Shown here: positions 39,351-48,037 of the stretch, one piece after another
How the letters are laid out: each line of letters begins with the position of its first letter
Position numbering within the stretch: position 1 is the stretch's first letter
From: Deltaproteobacteria bacterium
GTDB taxonomy: Bacteria > Myxococcota_A > UBA9160 > PR03
Assembly (NCBI GenBank): GCA_035063765.1
Contig: JAPSFT010000001.1
Coordinates: 7,497-71,496, forward strand
Direction of reading: 5' to 3'
Length of the DNA stretch: 64,000 bases
Made by a program: the position numbers and the translations under genes
The notes under the pieces: model-generated
Seen by the model: only the letters and a program-made list of their open reading frames with translations
Told to the model about the DNA's origin: nothing
The model's database searches: none

Positions 39351-40018
39351 CCCCCCGCTCGGGGCGCCCTCGGCGCCCCTTCCTGGGATCCGCCCTCCGG
39401 CCGTTCCCGGGGCGGCGCCTCCGCCCCGGGAGCCTCGCGAGACGCTGCGTCCGGCGACCGCCAGACCCGCTCGCGCAGCGACTCGAACTCGCGGGTCAGG
39501 AAGTCGGCCACGTCGCGGCCCGCACGCTCCACCGAGGAGCGCAGCTCGGTGAGCGTCTCCTCCATCTCCACGCGCCGGCGCTCGCGCTGCCCGCGCCGGC
39601 GTCCGCTCTCGACGGCGCGCCGCGCCGCCTCGCCGAGGTCGTCGAGCTCCCGGCCGAGCTCGACCACGAGGTCGTCGAGGGTGACCAGGCCCGAGAGGCG
39701 GCCGTCGCGCAGCACCACGATGCGGCGCACGCGGGCCGTGCGCATGCGCTCCACCACGACTTCGATCGGGTCGTCGGCGCTCACCGTGACGAGCGGGCGG
39801 CTCATCAGCTCCGCGGCGCACTGCTTCTCGGCGCCAGCGCGGGCGACCACGCGGCAGGCGAGATCGCGATCGGTGACGATGCCCACCGGATGGTCCGCCT
39901 CGTCGACGATCACCACGCTGCCGACCGCGAAGTCGCCCATCAGCCCCGCAAGCTCGGCGGCGCTCGCGTCGAGCGGCGCGGTCGCGACCTCGGTGCGGTA
40001 GTAGTCACGCGTGCGCAT
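39347..40018 (-). CDS. CBS-pair protein with charged coiled-coil C-terminal extension (CBS-2)
   Basis: 223-aa ORF with two CBS motifs (VGIVTDRDL, GLVTLDDLV) followed by an Arg/Glu-rich helical tail. ATGA overlap with the crp start. Confidence 0.85.
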   Translation of the reverse strand: MRTRDYYRTEVATAPLDASAAELAGLMGDFAVGSVVIVDEADHPVGIVTDRDLACRVVARAGAEKQCAAELMSRPLVTVSADDPIEVVVERMRTARVRRIVVLRDGRLSGLVTLDDLVVELGRELDDLGEAARRAVESGRRRGQRERRRVEMEETLTELRSSVERAGRDVADFLTREFESLRERVWRSPDAASREAPGAEAPPRERPEGGSQEGAPRAPRAGG

Positions 40019-40021
40019 GGG

Positions 40022-40483
40022 TCACTTCCCTTCCGGCGCCGGACCGGGTCTTCCGGGGGACCGCTCCACGGGGGCCTGGGCCGCGGCCGCCGCGGCGACC
40101 CCCGCGAGCTCGCTCGCCACCAGACGCAGGATGTCGTCGGAGCTCAGGATGCCGACCAGCTCCTCGTCCGCGTTCACGATCGGGATCCGCCGTACGGACC
40201 GGCGCCGCATCAGGGCCGCGGCGGCGCGGAGCGACGACGTCTCGTGCATCACCAGGGGGTCGGTGCCGAACGCATCGACCACCCGCGTCGTGTCGGGGTC
40301 GAGTCCGTCGCGCAGCACGCGTAGCGCGAGGTCGCGATCGGTGACGATCGCGCGCGGGTGCGACCCGAGCAGCCCCACGAGGCACCCGACTCCCTCCTCC
40401 GCCATGCGCACGGCGGCGGCGCGCAGCGTGTCGCGCGCGTCGATCGTGCGGACGTCGCGCTGGCAGTAGTCGGCGATCGCCAC
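40022..40483 (-). CDS. CBS-pair protein (CBS-1)
   Basis: GTG at 40483 has GAAGGAGG 4 nt upstream and is in frame with ORF 40022..40603. CBS motifs are AIVTDRDLALRV and VGILSSDDILRL. It ends 3 nt before CBS-2. Confidence 0.85.
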   Translation of the reverse strand: MAIADYCQRDVRTIDARDTLRAAAVRMAEEGVGCLVGLLGSHPRAIVTDRDLALRVLRDGLDPDTTRVVDAFGTDPLVMHETSSLRAAAALMRRRSVRRIPIVNADEELVGILSSDDILRLVASELAGVAAAAAAQAPVERSPGRPGPAPEGK

Positions 40484-40524
40484 GGCCCCTCCTTCGCGAG
40501 CTCCCCATCGACGACCCGGGCTGG

Positions 40525-40540
40525 TGCAACCGCCATGCCC
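40525..40540 (-). promoter_or_regulatory. sigma-54-type (-24/-12) promoter candidate P1 for the CBS-1/CBS-2/crp operon
   Basis: The minus strand reads GGGCATGGCGGTTGCA, against the consensus TGGCAC-N5-TTGCW, with exact GG-N10-GC spacing. The predicted +1 is near 40514, 31 nt upstream of GTG 40483, with AGGAGG in between. Confidence 0.6.
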
Positions 40541-40666
40541 GTCTGCCCGTGAGCCCCGCGACGCCCTGGGTCGGCGGTTGTGGCGTTCTGGCGCATAGGA
40601 CATTGTCGGCGGGGCGACCTGTCGCGCTGGCCCTGGCGAGCCGGGTCACCGGCTCCCTCCCGCTCC

Positions 40667-40683
40667 GGGCATGGCTCGTGCAA
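40667..40683 (+). promoter_or_regulatory. sigma-54-type promoter candidate P2 for CBS-3
   Basis: The plus strand reads GGGCATGGCTCGTGCAA with exact GG-N10-GC spacing. It shares the GGGCATGGC core with P1. The predicted +1 is near 40693, 30 nt upstream of ATG 40723. Confidence 0.55.
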
Positions 40684-40722
40684 GCTCGCGCACGCTGGAG
40701 CCGACCGGGAGCCGCCGAGCCG

Positions 40723-41160
40723 ATGCCCCTCTACGACCGTCCCGTCTCGACCATCATGCGCCGCGAGTTTGCGAGTCTGCACCCGGACGACCGCCTGGAC
40801 CTCGCGGAGCAGATGATGAAGGTCGGGCGCGTGCGCCACCTGCCGGTGCTGGGCCCGGACGGCCACGTGGTCGGCATCGTCTCGAGCCGCGACCTGCTCG
40901 AAGCCTCGCTCAGCAGCGTGCTCGATCTCGATCCCGCTTCGCGGCGCGGGTTCCTCCGCTCGGTGGCGGTCGCCGATGTGATGCGGCCGGAGGTCGAGAC
41001 GGTCGCGGAGAGCACGTCGCTGCTCGGCGCGGCGAGCCGGATGATCCGCCACAGGATCGGCTGCCTGCCGATCGTGGGCCCCGACGGTGTCATGACCGGA
41101 CTCGTCACCGAGACCGATCTGCTGATCGCGGCCTATCTCCCGGAGCCCGCTCCGCGCTAG
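40723..41160 (+). CDS. CBS-pair protein (CBS-3)
   Basis: ATG at 40723 is in frame with ORF 40549..41160. CBS motifs are VGIVSSRDLL and GLVTETDLL. Confidence 0.85.
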   Translation: MPLYDRPVSTIMRREFASLHPDDRLDLAEQMMKVGRVRHLPVLGPDGHVVGIVSSRDLLEASLSSVLDLDPASRRGFLRSVAVADVMRPEVETVAESTSLLGAASRMIRHRIGCLPIVGPDGVMTGLVTETDLLIAAYLPEPAPR

Positions 41161-41182
41161 CTAGGCGCGCGGCGCGCGAGCG

Positions 41183-41590
41183 TCAGCGATCGAGCGCGAG
41201 GCGCACGAAGTCGCCCTCGGTCAGGATGCCCACGAGCCTGCCCTTCGCGACCACCGGCAGGCAGCCGAGCTTGCGCTCCAGCATGATGCGTGCCGCCTCG
41301 ACCAACGCGGTGTCGGGCTCGACCGTCACCGGATCGTTGGTCATCACCTCCTTGACGAGCAACATGCCCATCACCTTCTGCTGCGCGTGCGCGCCGTAGC
41401 CGAGCGCACGCGCCAGCGCGCCCCGGAACAGGTCGCGCTGCGAGAGCACGCCGACCACCTCCCCCGTCGCCTCGTCGAGCACCGGCGTATGGCGGATGCG
41501 CCCGAGCCGCATCAGGTCGTCCGCGATCACGAGCTGGTCGTTGCGCAGGACGGTCGCCACCTCGGTGCTCATCACGTCACGGACCTTCAT
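41183..41590 (-). CDS. CBS-pair protein (CBS-4)
   Basis: 135-aa ORF with the strong SD GGAGGGAG. The sequence reads MKVRDVMSTEVATV ... VGVLSQRDLF ... VGILTEGDFV. Confidence 0.9.
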   Translation of the reverse strand: MKVRDVMSTEVATVLRNDQLVIADDLMRLGRIRHTPVLDEATGEVVGVLSQRDLFRGALARALGYGAHAQQKVMGMLLVKEVMTNDPVTVEPDTALVEAARIMLERKLGCLPVVAKGRLVGILTEGDFVRLALDR

Positions 41591-41661
41591 CGAACTCCCT
41601 CCTCGTGCGCGCCGGACAACCCCTTGCTGCGCCTGGAGTGCAGGAGGATACTGGCTCGCTG

Positions 41662-42939
41662 GTGAAGGAAGGGCTCGACGACCGGCTCGACTACCTGGGG
41701 CTGACCGAGGACGATCGGCAGCTGCTCGCCCGCATCGGGCCGCTGCTCGAGCGCCACGCCGACCGCTTCGTCGCCGCCTTCTACCGCCACCTGCTCTCCT
41801 TCGACGAGACCCGGCGCCTGCTCGCCGACCCCGCGGTGACGGAACGCCTGCTGGGCAAGCAACGCGAGTACCTCCTGAGCCTCGCGACCCCCGGGCTCGA
41901 CGCGACCTACCTCGAGGAACGGATCCGGATCGGTGCCGTGCACGCCCAGGTCGGACTCGGCCCGCGCTACTACCTCGGTGCCTACGCGCTCTACTTCTCG
42001 CTGCTGGCGCCGGTGATCGCCTCCGATTGCGAGGGCGACACGGAGCTCGTCCAGCGCACCTTGAGTGCCCTCGTCAAGGTGCTGTTGCTCGACGCCGAGC
42101 TCGCGATGGAGTCCTACGTGGAGCGCCACGGGGAAGGGCTCACCCACCTGAACCGGGAGCTCGCCGCCGTGAGCCGCTCGCTCTCGCGCGAGGTCGAGGT
42201 CCAGGAGCAGGAGCTCCGGCAGACCCAGAAGCGCGCACGCGCCGCCGAGGACCTGGCGTCGGTCGCGACGCTCGTGGCGGGGCTCGCCCACGAGATCGGT
42301 ACGCCGATGGGGGTGATCCGTGGCCATGCGGAGGCGCTCGGCGGCGCGGTCCAGGGCGAACGGGCGCAATGGCGGCTGCGCACGATCCTGGAGCAGATCG
42401 ACCGCATCTCGAGCATCATCCGCGCGCTGCTCGACGTCGCGCGGCCACGCGAGCGCGTCCTGGTGCCGATCGAGCTCCCACAGGTGCTGGACAACGCGCT
42501 CGCCTTCCTGTCCGAGCGGATGCGGCGCCACGGGATCGAGATCGAGCGCCGCTACGACCGGGTGCCGGTGATCCACGGGGATCCCGACAAGCTCCAGCAG
42601 CTGTTCCTGAACCTGTTCCTGAACGCGGCCGACGCGATGCCCGACGGTGGACACCTTATCGTGTCGGTCGCGGCCTCGGATGGCCAGGCGGTCGGGATCC
42701 GGATCGCCGACGACGGCGTCGGCATCCCCGCCGCCGACCTCGAGAACCTGTTCACGCCCTTCTTCACGACCAAGCCGGCAGGCCGCGGCAGCGGACTCGG
42801 GCTGGTGGTCGCCCAGGGCATCGTCGCCGATCACGGCGGGCGCATCGAGGTGCTCAGCGCCCCCGGCCGCGGCACCGAGTTCGTGATCGAGCTGCCGCTG
42901 CGCGCTCAAACCGGGCCGGAGGGGCGGATCGGATCGTAG
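41662..42939 (+). CDS. globin-coupled sensor histidine kinase (protoglobin sensor + HisKA + HATPase_c)
   Basis: The N-terminal globin-coupled-sensor pattern reads LDYLGLTEDDRQLLARIGPLLERHADRFVAAFYRHL ... RIGAVHAQVGLGPRYYLGAY, giving a distal Tyr and a proximal His context. The H-box is LAHEIGTP, and N/G boxes are present (NLFLNAADAM, DDGVGI, GSGLGL). I prefer GTG 41662 as the start; the ORF-track start is GTG 41605. Confidence 0.85.
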   Translation: MKEGLDDRLDYLGLTEDDRQLLARIGPLLERHADRFVAAFYRHLLSFDETRRLLADPAVTERLLGKQREYLLSLATPGLDATYLEERIRIGAVHAQVGLGPRYYLGAYALYFSLLAPVIASDCEGDTELVQRTLSALVKVLLLDAELAMESYVERHGEGLTHLNRELAAVSRSLSREVEVQEQELRQTQKRARAAEDLASVATLVAGLAHEIGTPMGVIRGHAEALGGAVQGERAQWRLRTILEQIDRISSIIRALLDVARPRERVLVPIELPQVLDNALAFLSERMRRHGIEIERRYDRVPVIHGDPDKLQQLFLNLFLNAADAMPDGGHLIVSVAASDGQAVGIRIADDGVGIPAADLENLFTPFFTTKPAGRGSGLGLVVAQGIVADHGGRIEVLSAPGRGTEFVIELPLRAQTGPEGRIGS

Positions 42940-43334
42940 GCGCGGCGCAGGAGGTCGCTCTCGGTGAGCAGGCCGACCAGCCGCGGGCCGTCCGGGCCGG
43001 GCTCGACGATCGGCAGGCAGCCCGTGCGCGAGCGGGCGATCCGCGCCGCCGCCTCGTCGACGCTCATCGTGGTCCCGCCCGTCTCGGTGTCCGGCGACAT
43101 CACCTCTTCGACGCGCGTGCAGCGGCCGGCAAGGGCGGCCTCGACGAGGACCGCGAACGAGAGCACGCCGCGCAGGACCCCGTCGGCCACCACCGGGAGC
43201 TGGCGCAGGCGCGCCACCCGCATCATCTGGAGCGTCTCCGCGATCGAGGCACCCGGTGCGACGGAGAGCCAATGCCGCCGCATCACCCGAGCCACTTCGG
43301 CCCCGAACGTCCCCGTGCTTCCCTCGAACCCCAT
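42906..43334 (-). CDS. CBS-pair protein (CBS-5)
   Basis: 142-aa ORF with the motifs RGVLSFAVL and VGLLTESDLL. It overlaps the 3' end of the convergent kinase gene by 34 nt. Confidence 0.8.
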   Translation of the reverse strand: MGFEGSTGTFGAEVARVMRRHWLSVAPGASIAETLQMMRVARLRQLPVVADGVLRGVLSFAVLVEAALAGRCTRVEEVMSPDTETGGTTMSVDEAAARIARSRTGCLPIVEPGPDGPRLVGLLTESDLLRRAYDPIRPSGPV

Positions 43335-43346
43335 GCCGCCCGCAGG

Positions 43347-43362
43347 TGCAGACGGCGTGCCA
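43347..43362 (-). promoter_or_regulatory. sigma-54-type promoter candidate P3 for CBS-5
   Basis: The minus strand reads TGGCACGCCGTCTGCA with exact GG-N10-GC spacing. The predicted +1 is near 43336, only about 2 nt upstream of ATG 43334. Confidence 0.5.
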
Positions 43363-43472
43363 GCACCTCCCGGCGTCCCGGAGGCGGCGCGAGATCCAGA
43401 TCCGGGGCCTGATGCCTCGCTTCGTGTGCCAGGAGGGGTGCGATGCTGAGGCTGCGCGTCGTGAGCTGATTT

Positions 43473-43507
43473 GTCACATTCGGGTCATTTTGCCCTATAC
43501 GTGTGAC
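43473..43507. promoter_or_regulatory. inverted repeat GTCACA-N23-TGTGAC in the AT-richest patch between P3 and P4 (possible activator or Crp-type site)
   Basis: The sequence is gatTTGTCACAttcgggtcattttgccctatacgTGTGACctc. The arms are exact 6-mers. Confidence 0.3.
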
Positions 43508-43535
43508 CTCATCTGCAGCGCCCGTGCGTCGCGGG

Positions 43536-43551
43536 TGGCACGTAACGTGCT
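43536..43551 (+). promoter_or_regulatory. sigma-54-type promoter candidate P4 for the bEBP/USP/APH-P-loop/CBS-6 operon
   Basis: The plus strand reads TGGCACGTAACGTGCT with exact GG-N10-GC spacing. The predicted +1 is near 43562, about 4 nt upstream of ATG 43566. Confidence 0.55.
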
Positions 43552-43565
43552 CCTGGGATACCCCG

Positions 43566-44953
<1,388 letters not shown>

Positions 44954-44957
<4 letters not shown>

Positions 44958-45865
44958 GCCGCTTCCGGACGATCCTCGTCCCGACCGACTTCTCGGCCCA
45001 CGCGCACGCCGCGATCGAGCTGGCCCGCACGCTGGCTCACACAGGCGGCGGGGCGGTCCACCTGCTGCACGCCTACGAGGTGCCGCTCGGCACGATCTCG
45101 CCCTACGGCGTCGCGCTGCCCGACGGCCTGCTGGCGCAGGTGCGCGACGCAGCCGCGCGCCGGCTCGAGAAGGCGGCCCACGGCTTCGTCGAGGCGAAGG
45201 TCTCCTGCGAGACCCACGTCGCACACGGACCTGCCGCGGACGCGATCACCGAGGCGGCACAGCGCCTGCACGCCGACCTGGTCGTGATGGGCACGCGCGG
45301 GCTGAGCGGATGGAAGCACGCCCTGCTCGGCAGCGTGGCCGAACGCACCGTACGCAGCTCGCCCTGCCCCGTGCTGACCTTCCGTACGCCCGACCGCGCC
45401 GAAGGAGGATCCGTGGGCCACTTCCGCAAGCTCCTCGTGCCCCTCGACTTCTCGAAGCACTCCGACGCCGCCCTCGCGCTCGCGGTCGAGCTCGCGAGCG
45501 AGCACGCCGCCGAGGTCCACCTGCTCCATGCCTACGAGCTGCCCGCCGCCGTGACGATGGCCTACGGCGTCGCGATCCCCCAGGCGGTCTGGGACGGGGT
45601 CCAGGAAGCCGCCCTCGCGCGCCTCGAGGAGGGACGCAAGCGCCTCGAGGCGGCCGGCATCCGCGGCACCACGCACCTCGTGACGGGGCCCGCCGCAGAT
45701 GCCATCGCGCAAGCTGCCGAGAGCGTGGCTGCGGACCTGATCGTGATGGGCACCCGCGGCCTCACGGGGCTCAAGCACGTGCTGCTCGGCAGCGTCGCGG
45801 AGCGCACGATCCGCACCGCGCCCTGTCCCGTCCTCACGCTCAAGTCGGACGCGCAGGACGCCTGA
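44954..45865 (+). CDS. tandem universal stress protein (two UspA domains)
   Basis: GTG at 44954 overlaps the upstream stop (GTGA). There are two repeats of ILVPTDFS ... LLHAYE ... DLVVMGTRGLSG..H.LLGSVAERT.R...CPVLT. Confidence 0.9.
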
Positions 45866-45877
45866 CGGAGAGGCCGC

Positions 45878-47521
45878 ATGCCTCCCCCTGTCGAGCCGCT
45901 CCCCGCCGGGCTCGCTGCGGCGCTCGCGCGGCCGGCGGCACACCCCTTCGACGCGAGCGCTGCGGCGGGCGTCGAGCACGTCCAGACCCACCTCTCGCAC
46001 GTGTACCTGACGGGAGCGCGGGCCTGGAAGCTCCGCAAGGCCGCCGCGCTCGGCTTCGTCGACTTCGCGACGCGCGCGAAGCGCAATCGCGACTGCGCCC
46101 GCGAGGTCCGGCTCAACCGCCGCCTCGCACGCGACGTGTACCTGGGCGTCGCCCCGGTCGAGGCCGATCCCGCCGGCGGCTTCCGGATCGGTGCGCTCGC
46201 CCCGGACGCGGACGAGGAGACCCTGGCGCGCGACCCGCACGAACACGTGGTCGCGATGCGCCGGCTGCCGGCGGGGCACGACGCGCTCGCGCTCCTCGAG
46301 CGCGGCGCGCTCCACGCGCGCCACCTCGACGCGGTCGCCGAGCGGCTCGCCCGCTTCCACGCCGAGCACGGCCTCGGCGTCCCCGCGCCCTTCACACCCG
46401 ACGCCTGGCGCGCCCGGATCGAGGGCCCCGTGCGCGACAACCTGCGCCTGCTCGAGCCGGCCGCGGGCCGGCTCTTCCCGCGCTCGACCTGGCGCCAGGT
46501 CGAGCAGCGGACGAGCGCCTTCGCCGACGCCCACGCCGGCCGCTTCGAGGCGCGCCGCCGCGAGGGCCGCGCCGTCGACGGCCACGGCGACGTGCACCTC
46601 CAGCACGTCTGGTTCGAGCCGGGCCGCGCCGAGCCGCTGCTCGTCGACTGCATCGAGTTCCGCGACGACCTGCGTCGGATCGACGCCGCCTCCGAGGTGG
46701 CCTTCCTCGCGATGGACCTGCGCTACCGGCGCCGGGCGCAGCTCGCGGCGCGCTTCCTGCGCCGCTACGCGGCCGCCCGCGACGACTTCGGCCTCTACGG
46801 CGTGCTCGACTACTTCGTGAGCTACCGGGCCGCGGTGCGCGCGAAGGTGGCGGCGCTCGCCGCCGACGACGGCGCGATCGAGCCCGGCCAGCGCGCCGCC
46901 GCGGCGGCGAGCGCGCGCCGCCACCTCGCGCTCGCAGCGCGCGCCCTGGCGCCGCCGCGCGCGGGCGGGCTGGTGCTGGTCGGGGGCCTCGTCGGCAGCG
47001 GCAAGAGCAGCGTCGCCGAGACGATGGCCGACACCGCCGGAGGCGTCGTCGTCGCGTCGGACCGGGTGCGCAAGGCGCTCGCGGGGCTCGCTCCCACCGC
47101 GCGCGGCGGAGCCGCACGGGGCCTCTACGACAGCGCTGCGAAGGAGCGCGTCTACCAGGCGCTGCTCGAACGGGCGGAGCCGATCACGGCCTCGGGCCGG
47201 ATCGCGATCCTCGACGCCACCTACGCCCTCGAGCGCCACCGGGCGGCCGCGCTCGCCTGGGCGCGCGGGCGTGGGATCGAGCCGGTGCTCGTCGAGGCGC
47301 GCTGCCCGCACGAGACCACCCTCGCGCGCCTTGCGGCGCGCGCCGCCGCCGGCCGGGATCCCTCCGATGCCGGCCCGGAGCTGCTCGCCTGGAGCGAGCG
47401 CCACTACCAGCCGCCGCGCGCGGGCGTCATCGTCATCGAGACCCATCAGCCGGATTGGCGGACCCGGGCGCGTTCCCTCGCCCGCCGTCTGCACCCGACC
47501 CGGGAGCCAGCGGAGGAGTGA
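45878..47521 (+). CDS. aminoglycoside-phosphotransferase-like kinase domain fused to P-loop (AAA_33-type) kinase domain
   Basis: 547-aa ORF (SD GGAGAGG). The N-terminal APH-like catalytic loop is HGDVHLQHVW ... DCIEF. The C-terminal Walker A is GGLVGSGKSS. Confidence 0.8.
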   Translation: MPPPVEPLPAGLAAALARPAAHPFDASAAAGVEHVQTHLSHVYLTGARAWKLRKAAALGFVDFATRAKRNRDCAREVRLNRRLARDVYLGVAPVEADPAGGFRIGALAPDADEETLARDPHEHVVAMRRLPAGHDALALLERGALHARHLDAVAERLARFHAEHGLGVPAPFTPDAWRARIEGPVRDNLRLLEPAAGRLFPRSTWRQVEQRTSAFADAHAGRFEARRREGRAVDGHGDVHLQHVWFEPGRAEPLLVDCIEFRDDLRRIDAASEVAFLAMDLRYRRRAQLAARFLRRYAAARDDFGLYGVLDYFVSYRAAVRAKVAALAADDGAIEPGQRAAAAASARRHLALAARALAPPRAGGLVLVGGLVGSGKSSVAETMADTAGGVVVASDRVRKALAGLAPTARGGAARGLYDSAAKERVYQALLERAEPITASGRIAILDATYALERHRAAALAWARGRGIEPVLVEARCPHETTLARLAARAAAGRDPSDAGPELLAWSERHYQPPRAGVIVIETHQPDWRTRARSLARRLHPTREPAEE

Positions 47522-47970
47522 TGCCCGAGCGATCCGTCGAGAGCGTGATGCAGCGCGACGTCGTGACCCTGCGCCCCGAGAGCAGCGCGCGCGAGGCCGA
47601 GCGCCTGCTCGCCACGCACCGCATCGGCGGCGCGCCGGTGGTGGACGAGGCCGGGCGCGTGGTGGGCGTCCTCTCCCAGAGCGACCTCGGCCGGCTCGAG
47701 GCCGAGCGCCCGAGCACAGCGGCTGCGGGCGCCTTCTTCAGCGACGTCGACGACTACCGCGACATCGGGGCGCTGCCCGCCGCGGCGAGCGTGGTGCCGG
47801 TGGCGCGCTTGATGAGCCGGGAGGTGCTCTCGGTCTCACCCGCGGCGACGCTCGCCGAGGCGGCCCGGCGCATGCGCGAGCGGCGCGTGCACCGGCTCCT
47901 GGTCGTCGAGAACGGGGCGCTGCGTGGCGTGGTCAGCGCCTTCGACCTGCTGGTCGCGATCACCGGGTGA
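47521..47970 (+). CDS. CBS-pair protein (CBS-6)
   Basis: ATG at 47521 overlaps the upstream TGA by 1 nt (GTGATG) and is in frame with ORF 45310..47970. CBS motifs are VGVLSQSDL and RGVVSAFDLL. Confidence 0.85.
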   Translation: MPERSVESVMQRDVVTLRPESSAREAERLLATHRIGGAPVVDEAGRVVGVLSQSDLGRLEAERPSTAAAGAFFSDVDDYRDIGALPAAASVVPVARLMSREVLSVSPAATLAEAARRMRERRVHRLLVVENGALRGVVSAFDLLVAITG

Positions 47971-48037
47971 TGGCCGGCCGGGCGAGCGCTCCCCCCGCCG
48001 CTCATCCCTCGCGCAGCGAACGGTAGGCGCGCAGGTG

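Noticed and set aside
43473-43507. The half-sites TCACA and TGTGA suggested a CRP-type operator.
   Set aside because: The order and spacing (TCACA-N25-TGTGA) are the reverse of the TGTGA-N6-TCACA consensus. I keep it only as an unassigned inverted repeat.
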